Positions 52,724 to 62,163 are shown, numbered from the stretch's first letter. The stretch: 64,000 nucleotides of DNA from Lachnospiraceae bacterium (GCA_015057035.1 SVFC01000007.1:34674-98673); one strand, 5' to 3'. Program-made: numbers and translations. Notes: generated from the letters alone by a model not told the origin.

Positions 52724-53542
52724 ATGGAAGCATTATGGGCATTTATTGTAGCATCATTACCAGCAGTACTTGGTTTCCTTTTGGATTTACTGTGGATTGT
52801 AATTCTCCTTGTAGTAGGAAGCAAGTTAATTAAGTTTGCAGTTAAGATGCTGAAAAGCATTATGCAGAAGAGTAACGTAGAACCAGGCGTTATTACTTTC
52901 TTAAGTTCATTGGCAAAATACGCATTATACTTTGTGCTTGGAATGGTTATTTTATCACAGTTTGGTGTTACATCTGCATCAGTTATCGCAGTATTAGGCT
53001 CTGCAGGTTTAGCAGTAGGTATGGCATTACAGGGAAGTTTATCTAACTTCGCAGGTGGTGTGCTGATTCTTCTCTTAAAACCATTCGTAGTTGGCGATTA
53101 TATCGTGGAAAATGGTGGTGGACAGGAAGGTACTGTAGCAGAAATCGGTATTTTCTATACTAAGTTATTAACAGTTGATAACAAGGCAATCTATTTACCA
53201 AACGGTGCATTATCTAACAATAGTATTGTTAACGTATCTGCAATGGCAAAGCGTCGTGTAGATATTGAAGTTGGTGTTGCTTACAACAGCGACCTTGCTA
53301 AGGTAAAAGCAGTGTTAACAGATATTGCTACTAATGAAGAAGCACGTTTAGAAAATGAAGATATGAACGTGTTTGTATCTTCTTTGGGCGACAGCAGTGT
53401 GAACATGGGCGTTCGTATCTGGGTAAACAGTGGTGATTACTGGGCTGCAAAATGGCGTATGACCGAAGAAATCAAACTTGCATTAGATAAAAATGGAATT
53501 GAAATTCCATTCCCACAGGTTGACGTTAACCTTAAAAAATAA
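52724..53542 (+). CDS. mscS: small-conductance mechanosensitive channel
   Basis: GLAVGMALQGSLSNFAGG, KPF.VGD, PNG, GIEIPFPQ. Confidence 0.92.
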   Translation: MEALWAFIVASLPAVLGFLLDLLWIVILLVVGSKLIKFAVKMLKSIMQKSNVEPGVITFLSSLAKYALYFVLGMVILSQFGVTSASVIAVLGSAGLAVGMALQGSLSNFAGGVLILLLKPFVVGDYIVENGGGQEGTVAEIGIFYTKLLTVDNKAIYLPNGALSNNSIVNVSAMAKRRVDIEVGVAYNSDLAKVKAVLTDIATNEEARLENEDMNVFVSSLGDSSVNMGVRIWVNSGDYWAAKWRMTEEIKLALDKNGIEIPFPQVDVNLKK

Positions 53543-53577
53543 TTTTGTTGACATTTAACAGAAAATCTTAAAAACAT

Positions 53578-53606
53578 TTGACATATTTCGTCATATGTGC
53601 TAATGT
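53578..53606 (+). promoter_or_regulatory. sigma-A promoter of the cold-shock gene
   Basis: TTGACA-17 bp-TAATGT with an extended TG. Confidence 0.45.
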
Positions 53607-53663
53607 TAAACAAGCGAGTAGCATAGCTCGTTAGGTTTTTACATTTTAGGAGGATTTTTAGTT

Positions 53664-53864
53664 ATGCAGCAGGGAACAGTTAAGTGGTTTAATGCAAAAA
53701 AAGGTTACGGATTCATCTCTGATGAAGCTGGTAACGAAGTATTCGTACATTTCTCAGCATTGAATATGGACGGATTCAAAGAATTAAAAGATGGTGAAAA
53801 GGTTGAGTTTGAAGTAGTTGATGGCGAAAAAGGACCACAGGCTGCAAATGTAACACGTATTTAA
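53664..53864 (+). CDS. cold-shock protein (CspA family)
   Basis: GTVKWFN..KGYGFI, VFVHFS, GPQAANV. Confidence 0.96.
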   Translation: MQQGTVKWFNAKKGYGFISDEAGNEVFVHFSALNMDGFKELKDGEKVEFEVVDGEKGPQAANVTRI

Positions 53865-53888
53865 TGATTATTTAAATATAAGCACCAA

Positions 53889-53921
53889 AGCCCCTCACGA
53901 GAGTGAGGGGCTATTTCTTTT
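53889..53921 (+). terminator. intrinsic terminator
   Basis: agcccctcac-gaga-gtgaggggct plus T-rich tail. Confidence 0.85.
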
Positions 53922-54000
53922 GTTGCACATAAGGTAAAAAGGGTGTACAATCACAAAAGACGAAAAATAGTATAAAATTTAATTTGAGGTATTACATATC

Positions 54001-55764
54001 ATGAAAAAAAGACTTTTGGCATTGTTATTAGTTATTGCATTAGTATTCTCAGGATGTACTCCAGGTGCTACGGTTCCTACAGAACCTAACTCAACAGAAT
54101 CTGATTCGAAAGAACCAGGTTCCAGTGAAGAGGACCTATCAAATCCTGGAGAAAGTGATACAGGATCAGACGAGCCTGAATCAACTGAAACAGATAAAGA
54201 TACAGGTACAGATGAACCAGGAAGTTCGGAACAAGGCTCATCAGAACCGGAACCATCGGAACCAGATTCTGATAAACCAGGATCATCAGAACCAGGTTCA
54301 ACAGAGCCTGACACATCTGAGCCAAGCGGATGCAAGAATCATAAAGATGCCAATGCAGATGATTTCTGCGATGTCTGCAACAAATACTTAATCGTATATG
54401 TGGATTTCTATGGCATTAATGACTTACACGGAAAATTTGTGGATGGTGCATCTCATCCAGGTGTAGATGAATTGACTACATATCTCAAAAATATGAGAGC
54501 AAAGGACGACTATGCTTTTTTCTTGTCCGCAGGTGATATGTGGCAGGGTAGTGCAGAATCCAATATGACCAAAGGGATGATTATGACTGAATGGATGAAC
54601 GAGTTGGATTTTGTAGGAATGGCATTAGGAAACCATGAATATGACTGGGGTGAGGAATACATCAAAGCCAACGCAGAACTGGCAGAGTTCCCATTCCTTG
54701 CTATCAATATTTACGATAGAGATACCAATCAATTAGTAGACTATTGCCAGCCTTCCGTTGTAGTAGAAGCGGGAGATATTCAAATCGGTATTATTGGTGC
54801 TATGGGAGATTGTTATTCTTCTATTGCAACAGATAAGTCTGAAGGAGTTTATTTCAAGGTAAAAAATGAACTGACTGAATTGGTAAAAGCAGAGTCTGAA
54901 CGACTTCGTAGCCAGGGCGTAGATTGTATCGTATATGTGATTCATGATGGCTATGGACAGAGTTCTTCTGGTAATACAGTTTCAAGTTCGCAGATTAAGA
55001 GTTACTATGATGTACAGTTATCCAATGGTTATGTGGATTTAGTATTTGAAGGACATACCCACCAGGGATACGCTCTGAAGGATGAATACGGTGTATATCA
55101 TATGCAGCATCGTGGCGATAACAATGGTGGTATTTCTCATGTGGAACTCAAGGTTAATTCTGTGACCAGCAAGGTAAGTGTTAGTGTGGCACGTTTGGTA
55201 ACAACCGGTACATATTCAAACTTAAACGATGATCCAATCGTGAATCAGTTGCTTGAGAAATACAAAGACCAGATTGACCCAGCTTATGATGTTTTGGGAT
55301 ATAACTCGGTATATCGTGGTTACGAAGCTCTCCATCAGTTGGTTGCGGATATGTATTATGATGCAGGCGTGAAAAAATGGGGAAATCAGTACGATGTGGT
55401 GTTAGGCGGAGGATTTATCTCTGTTCGAAGCCCATACAAGATGCCAGTAGGGGATGTGAAATACGAGTTGCTTCAGACCTTATACCCATTTGATAATGAT
55501 GTAGTATTGTGCTCAATTAAAGGCAGTGATTTGTTGTCTTATTTTATTAATTCAAACAATGAACATTATTACACTAAGTATCAAAGTGGACTGAAGGAAG
55601 CGATAGCAGCAAATCCAAACGGAACCTATTACATTATTACGGATACCTATACATCCACCTACAGATATGCACCTAAGAGTTTAAAAGAAATTGCTCGTTA
55701 TGACAGTGGTGTTTATGCAAGAGATTTGGTAGCAGACTATATCAAAAATGGCGGATTGAAATAA
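54001..55764 (+). CDS. 5'-nucleotidase / metallophosphoesterase lipoprotein with S/E/P-rich linker
   Basis: Lipobox FSGC; NDLHG, AGDMWQG, GNHEYD, HDG, GHTH, YPFDN. Confidence 0.85.
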   Translation: MKKRLLALLLVIALVFSGCTPGATVPTEPNSTESDSKEPGSSEEDLSNPGESDTGSDEPESTETDKDTGTDEPGSSEQGSSEPEPSEPDSDKPGSSEPGSTEPDTSEPSGCKNHKDANADDFCDVCNKYLIVYVDFYGINDLHGKFVDGASHPGVDELTTYLKNMRAKDDYAFFLSAGDMWQGSAESNMTKGMIMTEWMNELDFVGMALGNHEYDWGEEYIKANAELAEFPFLAINIYDRDTNQLVDYCQPSVVVEAGDIQIGIIGAMGDCYSSIATDKSEGVYFKVKNELTELVKAESERLRSQGVDCIVYVIHDGYGQSSSGNTVSSSQIKSYYDVQLSNGYVDLVFEGHTHQGYALKDEYGVYHMQHRGDNNGGISHVELKVNSVTSKVSVSVARLVTTGTYSNLNDDPIVNQLLEKYKDQIDPAYDVLGYNSVYRGYEALHQLVADMYYDAGVKKWGNQYDVVLGGGFISVRSPYKMPVGDVKYELLQTLYPFDNDVVLCSIKGSDLLSYFINSNNEHYYTKYQSGLKEAIAANPNGTYYIITDTYTSTYRYAPKSLKEIARYDSGVYARDLVADYIKNGGLK

Positions 55765-56264
55765 TGAAATACACATTCTGCCCATATTGTGGCGATAAAC
55801 TTATCAAAAAAGAAATCGGCGATGAAGGATTAATTCCTTATTGCGAAAGATGCAGTGTTCCATTATGGGATTCTTTTACTACATGTATTATAACTGCAGT
55901 TGTAAATGAAGAAAATGAAGTTGTGCTCATCAAGCAAAGTTATGAGTCTACAGCCAACTACGTATGTGTTGCAGGGGTTATGAAACTTGGCGAGTCAGCA
56001 GAAGAAACTGTTATCCGAGAAGTGAAAGAAGAGATTGGATTAGATGTAGTGGAATTACAGTTTGTTCAAAGTTATCCCTATGAGAAAAAAGAAATGTTGA
56101 TGCTAGGATTTAAGGCTGTGGTGAAGAAGGATGAATTCAAACTCTCTGGAGAAGTGGATTCTGTGAAGTGGTTTAAATTTGATGAAGCTTTGGGGAATAT
56201 CCGTGAGGGTAGTATTGCTTGGCAGTTGGTGAAGAGCGTGATAGGAAATAGTGTTGAGAAATAA
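55764..56264 (+). CDS. NUDIX hydrolase with Zn ribbon (NudC-like)
   Basis: CPYCG...CERC; Nudix box G...GES.EE..IREVKEE.G. Confidence 0.88.
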   Translation: MKYTFCPYCGDKLIKKEIGDEGLIPYCERCSVPLWDSFTTCIITAVVNEENEVVLIKQSYESTANYVCVAGVMKLGESAEETVIREVKEEIGLDVVELQFVQSYPYEKKEMLMLGFKAVVKKDEFKLSGEVDSVKWFKFDEALGNIREGSIAWQLVKSVIGNSVEK

Positions 56265-56283
56265 AAAAAGGGGATGAATAAAG

Positions 56284-56874
56284 ATGAAACATAAGTACTT
56301 ATCGGTATTGAAAATTGTCTTAATAGTACTAATTGTAGAAGCGGCTCTTTCAGGAATGTATTATCTGTTTGTTTATGATGCGAATAAGCCTCGTCAATAC
56401 GAACCACAATTGAGTAGTAGATTTTTGGAAATGCAAATAAAAAAAATTGAACCACTAACGGAAGATTACATTGATGAAGTTATGATTTCGCAGGATGACT
56501 TTAAGGGAATCCTTGGATATTATTGTTGCAAAGATGCATCTGACGAAATGGATGGATTTGTTGGATATTTGGAATATTGTGGAGGATCTTATACACATGT
56601 CGTATTCCCGGATGACTCCTATGAAATCTGTGTGGGCACTGTAATATATGAGAATATCATTGATGCATGGCAATATGGTTGGTGGGATAGAGATGGTAAT
56701 CGGTATGCAGATATCAACGGAGAAGATGCAGCTAAGGGCAAACCGAATTATAGGTACCATTATCGTTTTGTGATTCGAAAAAACAACGATATATACTCCA
56801 TGGAAGCATTTTGTAATACTGATGATGCGGAAAAAGTGTTTACCGTATGTGTAGAAAATATAAATGAGTTATAA
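56284..56874 (+). CDS. hypothetical membrane-anchored protein
   Basis: N-terminal TM; no recognisable family motif. Confidence 0.55.
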   Translation: MKHKYLSVLKIVLIVLIVEAALSGMYYLFVYDANKPRQYEPQLSSRFLEMQIKKIEPLTEDYIDEVMISQDDFKGILGYYCCKDASDEMDGFVGYLEYCGGSYTHVVFPDDSYEICVGTVIYENIIDAWQYGWWDRDGNRYADINGEDAAKGKPNYRYHYRFVIRKNNDIYSMEAFCNTDDAEKVFTVCVENINEL

Positions 56875-56894
56875 AAATGAAAGGGGGACTTTTT

Positions 56895-57506
56895 ATGAAA
56901 AAATCTATACTATTAATGTTGGTTACAGTTTTACTGTTATTATCTGCTTGTGGGCAGGATTCACAAAAGGATTCTGATTCTGTCACTAAATCTGATCCAA
57001 CAACTCTTTATGATAGATTTATATCTGGTGATATTTCTGCTCTTTCTAAAAATGGAGATGAAGTGTCAATTAATGATTATGTAGATGATTCTACTTACAG
57101 GATGTATGCCATCTATGATATGAACGGCGATACAATTCCGGAATTGCTCATAAAAACCGCAAGAAATTTTACAATTTTTTGGACGAAAAACAATGAACTA
57201 TGCGTTTGGTATGAAGGTACAAACTACTGTAGCCCACTAAATAATATGGCAGTATTATCAGAACGCTCAGGTGGCGCTCCTGAGCATATTAATTATAGAT
57301 ATGAAGTACTAGGATACAATGGAGAAACATTAATATATGTCGAGTTTGCAGAATATTCATCCTTTGAATATGAGGGCGAACAACATCCGGAATTATATGA
57401 GATTAATGGCCTGGAAGTAAGTAAAGATGTTTATACTTCTCTAACTGCTCCATTACTTAGTATTAAAGATGATGAAATCAAATGGGAACCTATTCCAACT
57501 GTGTAA
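56895..57506 (+). CDS. hypothetical lipoprotein
   Basis: Lipobox LSAC; DMNGD..PEL Ca-binding-type loop. Confidence 0.65.
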   Translation: MKKSILLMLVTVLLLLSACGQDSQKDSDSVTKSDPTTLYDRFISGDISALSKNGDEVSINDYVDDSTYRMYAIYDMNGDTIPELLIKTARNFTIFWTKNNELCVWYEGTNYCSPLNNMAVLSERSGGAPEHINYRYEVLGYNGETLIYVEFAEYSSFEYEGEQHPELYEINGLEVSKDVYTSLTAPLLSIKDDEIKWEPIPTV

Positions 57507-57539
57507 ACATCTGAGCGGAAGGTCTTTTATTGAGAAAGG

Positions 57540-57857
57540 ATGGAGTTTGTGTATAAAATAAAATTTATGTTTGATTATTGCGCAAGTTCTTGTTTATGGA
57601 GTGATTCCGCAGGAGTGTTACCATTAGAAGAATTTCTGATTTCGGAGGAATTGAAGAAAGTGCTAAGAGATTTGTGTCTAGAATATGATTCTATTTTAAA
57701 TTGGGATAATCCTGCGTCTGGATTTGTTTGGACATTGGAACAGGTAGAAGACTTTCGGTCAAGAGCACAACAAGCATATGATCAATTGATAGATGAATTG
57801 GGAGAATTATATGAAGTACGGAATCTTATTAATAAATGTCTTGGAATAAAGAATTAA
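57540..57857 (+). CDS. hypothetical acidic protein
   Basis: 105-aa ORF ending at a hairpin; no firm family assignment. Confidence 0.55.
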   Translation: MEFVYKIKFMFDYCASSCLWSDSAGVLPLEEFLISEELKKVLRDLCLEYDSILNWDNPASGFVWTLEQVEDFRSRAQQAYDQLIDELGELYEVRNLINKCLGIKN

Positions 57858-57871
57858 AGATTTATTTTGAG

Positions 57872-57906
57872 AGCGGCTTATCTAATAAATCATTAGATGA
57901 GCCGCT
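57872..57906. terminator. bidirectional terminator
   Basis: agcggcttatctaat-aaatc-attagatgagccgct between convergent ORFs. Confidence 0.7.
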
Positions 57907-57932
57907 TAAATTATAGTGTTTGGCGATATTTG

Positions 57933-58457
57933 TTAAGAGCATTGCACTTCAAATATATTATTGTTATAAATCACAGCTATGTGGCGGTTGAGTACTACAA
58001 GGGTAAATGTGTCGCCAATAGAAGCGGTATCGTAGATTTCCTTGTCATCCATAGAATTCATAGTAGACCATTTGTAATTCATTTGGTGAGGGATATCAAA
58101 GTCTCCGTTGCTAAAGGATAGTCGATATGGTTTAGCACTAATCCATTTTCCAAGCATTGGTCTAAAATCTTGTTTCTTATTCAAAGTATTAATTTTGACA
58201 GAATATTTTAAGTTTTTTATTTTGATATACATGACAAAGATATATATAAAGCATAGTATTTCGCATAAAACGACGATTAAGGTCACGATTGGTAATAATG
58301 GAATATCAATGGATATGTTGAGAGTAATAATAGCAATACAGAGTGCAAAAAGAATCCATAATAATGGAAGCCCAATAATGACACCCAATGTTTCGTCATA
58401 TATGCATTGCATTAAATCTTTGTGGATTTGATATGTAGTTACCTGTTCTTTTTTCAT
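57933..58457 (-). CDS. hypothetical membrane protein (two TM helices)
   Basis: RBS gaggtga; two long hydrophobic segments. Confidence 0.6.
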   Translation of the reverse strand: MKKEQVTTYQIHKDLMQCIYDETLGVIIGLPLLWILFALCIAIITLNISIDIPLLPIVTLIVVLCEILCFIYIFVMYIKIKNLKYSVKINTLNKKQDFRPMLGKWISAKPYRLSFSNGDFDIPHQMNYKWSTMNSMDDKEIYDTASIGDTFTLVVLNRHIAVIYNNNIFEVQCS

Positions 58458-58497
58458 CTGAATGTCACCTCTTTATAATTTTGATGATTAATTATAC

Positions 58498-58533
58498 AAA
58501 AAATCGCTTAAACCTCACGGTCTGAGCGATCTT
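58498..58533 (-). terminator. intrinsic terminator of the ncRNA
   Basis: Minus strand AAGAUCGCUCAGACC-GUGA-GGUUUAAGCGAUUUUUU. Confidence 0.75.
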
Positions 58534-58669
58534 GTCTTTAGGGGGAGTTTTTGGCAGCCCCTTTGTTTATGAATGAAATAGGTGGGTGACAATCCACATC
58601 TCCTAACTATGGGCGACGGCCGCCTGTTCCGTCCTCAGATTCCATTCAAACATATTTTTATGTTCTTAT
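58498..58669 (-). ncRNA. structured ncRNA downstream of the PBECR nuclease (skipping-rope / DUF3800-motif-like, from recall)
   Basis: ORF-free, locally GC-rich, bounded by a consensus promoter and a terminator. A 14-bp closing stem (58639..58652 with 58564..58579) encloses hairpins GACGG/CCGUC and GUGG/CCAC. Family assignment not verified. Confidence 0.65.
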
Positions 58670-58675
58670 AATTAT

Positions 58676-58703
58676 ATTATACGCATATGTTTTTATTTGT
58701 CAA
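58676..58703 (-). promoter_or_regulatory. consensus sigma-A promoter overlapping the last codons of the nuclease gene
   Basis: Minus strand TTGACA (58703..58698)-16 bp-TATAAT (58681..58676); the -35 lies within GTT GAC AAA TAA. Confidence 0.75.
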
Positions 58704-59058
58704 CCTTAAGCAAGGTTCCCTTCTGTATGTATCTATCAGCGTTATGAGAGCTTAGAAGGTGAAGTGTGCGTACATAATAGTTATTGTTTGACGAGATTTT
58801 TACTCCTACACGAATAAATTCAGAATTAACAGTATACTCTTTGACGTACATAATAGAATTATCTTTCGGGTTTATTCCAACATAGTCGGGGTCAGAAAGA
58901 ATTTCGCCCAAATCGCGGAAGTATTTATCATATTCATATGGATGTCGTTTTTGAATGTGCGAAATATTTACGTCACCTATTAAAATGGGAGTATTTTCGG
59001 TGATTTGTAGTTTGAGTAAATCTATAATCTTTTTCTTGAAATAACCTATTATTGCCAA
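58693..59058 (-). CDS. PBECR (phage Barnase-EndoU-ColicinE5/D-RelE-like) nuclease-fold protein, PBECR2/3-like
   Basis: SHIQKRHP, EILSDPDYVGINP, YVK, RVGVK, YVRTLH; 121 aa; TTG start after ggagg. Confidence 0.7.
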   Translation of the reverse strand: MAIIGYFKKKIIDLLKLQITENTPILIGDVNISHIQKRHPYEYDKYFRDLGEILSDPDYVGINPKDNSIMYVKEYTVNSEFIRVGVKISSNNNYYVRTLHLLSSHNADRYIQKGTLLKVDK

Positions 59059-59109
59059 GTTATCTTTGTATCCTCCGATTGTGGATTAGAATGAATTGTA
59101 ATAATAAAT

Positions 59110-59138
59110 ATGGTATCACAAGTGATGCGAAAGTGCAA
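59110..59138 (-). promoter_or_regulatory. sigma-A promoter of the nuclease gene
   Basis: Minus strand TTGCAC-17 bp-TACCAT with an extended TG. Confidence 0.5.
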
Positions 59139-59241
59139 CCATTTGGTGCACTCAATGTAATATTTTAAAATCAATAAAACCATTCCAAAATCCCCGCTTT
59201 TGAGTTATAATACTATTATCTATGTGTTTTGGAGGAATAAG

Positions 59242-62163
59242 ATGAGTTTTAAAGGTTTAACAGCATATGAATTGTTAAAAGAACAGGATTTGAATGACAT
59301 ACATTCCAAGGGATATATTCTCCGTCATAAGAAGAGTGGGGCAAGACTTGCGCTCGTTAGCAATGACGATGACAATAAAGTATTTTACATTGGATTTAGA
59401 ACTCCGCCAGAAGATGAGACAGGTGTGCCACATATTATTGAGCATACTGTGCTTTGTGGTTCGGACAAGTTCCCAGTGAAGGACCCATTCGTAGAATTGG
59501 TGAAGGGTTCACTCAATACATTTTTAAATGCCATGACATATCCAGACAAGACTCTGTATCCGGTAGCAAGCTATAACGACAAGGATTTTAAGAACTTGAT
59601 GGACGTATATATGGATGCGGTACTTCATCCTAATATTTTAAAATATCAGGAGATTTTTAAGCAGGAAGGCTGGCACTATGAGTTAGAGGAAAAGGACGGC
59701 CCAGTGACCATCAATGGTGTAGTTTATAATGAGATGAAGGGAGCGTATTCGTCCCCAGAAGAAATGCTTCAGACTGCCATTATGAAGGCTCTTTTCCCAG
59801 GCAATACTTATAGCAAGGATTCTGGCGGAAACCCTGAGTTTATACCAGAACTGACGTATGAAGCATACATTGATTTTTATAAAAAATATTACCATCCAAC
59901 GAACTCGTACATCTATCTCTATGGTGATTTTGATATTGTAGAGCGTTTGGAGTGGTTAGATAAGGAATATTTGTCCGAATATGACAGAATCACTATCGAC
60001 TCTGAAATTCATCCAGTAGACGACTTTGATGAAGTAAAGAACATTACAGGCAAATATCCAATTTCTTCCGATGAGTCAGAAGAAGATAATACCTACCTGT
60101 CTTACAGCAAGGTGATTGGTCATGTGTTAGACAGAAAACTCTGTCAGGCATTTGAGATGCTGGATTATGCCCTGGTGTCAGCGCCAGGTGCGCCAGTGCG
60201 TCAGGCATTGATTGATGCTGGAATTGGACAGGATGTCTATGCATCTTTTGAAGAGGGTATCTGTCAGCCTGCTTATCATATCGTTGCAAAAAATGCCAAT
60301 GCTTGTGACAAAGAACGTTTTGTACAGATTATTGAAGATACACTCAAGAAGATTGTAGAAGATGGTGTGAACGAAGAATCCATCAAGGCGGCTATCAACA
60401 GCGCAGAATTCCGTTTCCGTGAAGCGGATTATGGTTCGTATCCAAAGGGCCTTCTCTATGGTCTGTTGTGTATGGACAGCTGGCTGTTTGATGATATGGA
60501 ACCATTCATGTACGTGGAACTGTTAGACACCTTTGAATTTTTAAAGGCACAAATTGGAACCGGTTATTACGAAGAATTGATTCAGAAATATATTTTGGAC
60601 AACACTCATGGCGTGGTAGTTTCCTTAGAACCAGAAAAAGGTTTAACCCAGCAGATGGAAGATGCGTTGGAAGCAAAGCTTGCTGCGTATAAGGCAACTC
60701 TTTCTGAAGCAGAACTGGATGCAATGGTAGAAGAAACCAAGCACCTGAAGGAATACCAGGAAACACCTTCTCCAGAAGAGGATCTGGCTAAAATCCCTAT
60801 GTTAGAGCGAGAAGACCTTCGCAAGGAAGTATTGCCATACAGTAATATTGAAGAAACCGTGGCAGGTGTTCCAGTGGTACGCCACGATTATGAAACCAAT
60901 GGTATTGATTATATTTCCCTTTATTTCGATGCAAGAGACATTGCAAAAGAGGATATTCCATATCTGGGATTCCTGAAAAATATTCTGGCATATATGGATA
61001 CAGAAACCTATGCGTATGCAGATTTGGCAAATGCAATCAATATCCACACAGGTGGCCTTGCTACAGGACTTTATCCAATAGCAGAGGCTCATAATCCAGA
61101 ACATCTTCTGGTACCATATGAATTCCGCGTAAAAGCATTAGAAGACAATCTGTCAGAAGGCTTCAAACTGGTAAGTGAGATTCTTCTCACATCCAAGATT
61201 TCTGATACAAAGCGTCTGGCTGAGATTATTGCTCAGAGCAAGTCTCGCTTACAGTCATCCTTAAGCAGCGCAGGACATGTGGTATCTGCAATTAGAAGTA
61301 TGGCTTACTTCTCAAAATATGCTTACTATATGGATGCAACTACTGGTATTGAGTATTATGACGAGATTTGCAAAATGGATGCCAAGATGTCAGAGAATCC
61401 ACAGGCGGTAGTAGACAAATTTACAGAAATTGTGAAGAAGGTATTTTGCCAGTCACGTCTTCTGATTGGATATACTGGTAACGCAGAAAGCTATACAAGA
61501 GCAGAAGCGAAAATCAAAGCCTTTGTAGAGAGTCTTCCAGTAGGAGAACCTGCTGGGGAATCTATCAACTTTGAACTTCAGAAGAAAAACGAAGGTTTTA
61601 CAGATGCATCTGCGATTCAGTATGTGTCCCGTTCTGGAGATTTTGCAAAGCATGGATATGAGTATACTGGTGCACTTCAGATTTTGAAGATGATTTTAAG
61701 TTATGACTATATGTGGATTAACATTCGTGTGAAGGGTGGCGCTTATGGATGTATGAGTTCCTTTACCCGTAGTGGTGAAACATACTTCACCTCTTATCGT
61801 GATCCAAACCTTAGAAAAACCAATGAAATCTATGACAAGATTCCAGAGTATCTGCGTGGGTTTGAAGCAGATGAGCACGAGATGACCAAATACATCATTG
61901 GTACCCTGGGTGGATTAGATACGCCACTGTATCCAGAAGGAAAAGGAAATCGTTCTATGGGAGCATACATGAGAAAACTTACTGTAGAAGATATCCAGAA
62001 GGAACGTAATGAGATTCTTGGAGCAACTCAGGAAGACGTTCGTGGGTTAGCAGATATGATTGAAGCGGTTCTTTCCGATGGCAACTTCTGTGTTATTGGT
62101 AACGAAAAGACAATCCGCAGTGAAAATGATATGTTTATGGGCATTCGTAGTTTAAATGAATAA
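59242..62163 (+). CDS. M16C insulinase-family Zn metallopeptidase (PreP-like)
   Basis: HIIEH inverted zincin motif, LNAMTYPDKT.YP, GVVYNEMKG, IRVKGGAYG, SYRDP. Confidence 0.93.
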   Translation: MSFKGLTAYELLKEQDLNDIHSKGYILRHKKSGARLALVSNDDDNKVFYIGFRTPPEDETGVPHIIEHTVLCGSDKFPVKDPFVELVKGSLNTFLNAMTYPDKTLYPVASYNDKDFKNLMDVYMDAVLHPNILKYQEIFKQEGWHYELEEKDGPVTINGVVYNEMKGAYSSPEEMLQTAIMKALFPGNTYSKDSGGNPEFIPELTYEAYIDFYKKYYHPTNSYIYLYGDFDIVERLEWLDKEYLSEYDRITIDSEIHPVDDFDEVKNITGKYPISSDESEEDNTYLSYSKVIGHVLDRKLCQAFEMLDYALVSAPGAPVRQALIDAGIGQDVYASFEEGICQPAYHIVAKNANACDKERFVQIIEDTLKKIVEDGVNEESIKAAINSAEFRFREADYGSYPKGLLYGLLCMDSWLFDDMEPFMYVELLDTFEFLKAQIGTGYYEELIQKYILDNTHGVVVSLEPEKGLTQQMEDALEAKLAAYKATLSEAELDAMVEETKHLKEYQETPSPEEDLAKIPMLEREDLRKEVLPYSNIEETVAGVPVVRHDYETNGIDYISLYFDARDIAKEDIPYLGFLKNILAYMDTETYAYADLANAINIHTGGLATGLYPIAEAHNPEHLLVPYEFRVKALEDNLSEGFKLVSEILLTSKISDTKRLAEIIAQSKSRLQSSLSSAGHVVSAIRSMAYFSKYAYYMDATTGIEYYDEICKMDAKMSENPQAVVDKFTEIVKKVFCQSRLLIGYTGNAESYTRAEAKIKAFVESLPVGEPAGESINFELQKKNEGFTDASAIQYVSRSGDFAKHGYEYTGALQILKMILSYDYMWINIRVKGGAYGCMSSFTRSGETYFTSYRDPNLRKTNEIYDKIPEYLRGFEADEHEMTKYIIGTLGGLDTPLYPEGKGNRSMGAYMRKLTVEDIQKERNEILGATQEDVRGLADMIEAVLSDGNFCVIGNEKTIRSENDMFMGIRSLNE

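Noticed and set aside
54085-54330. CRISPR-like or tandem DNA repeat (gaaccagg recurrences)
   Set aside because: The repeats are short, degenerate and in frame within a protein linker; no constant repeat-spacer period and no cas genes.
55764-58457. Integron-like cassette array
   Set aside because: No repeated attC-like sites between the orphan genes and no integrase in the window.
58610-58640. Hammerhead ribozyme (CUGAGGA matches CUGANGA on the minus strand)
   Set aside because: The following stem is trailed by UCGCCC rather than the required GAAA, so the catalytic core cannot be completed.
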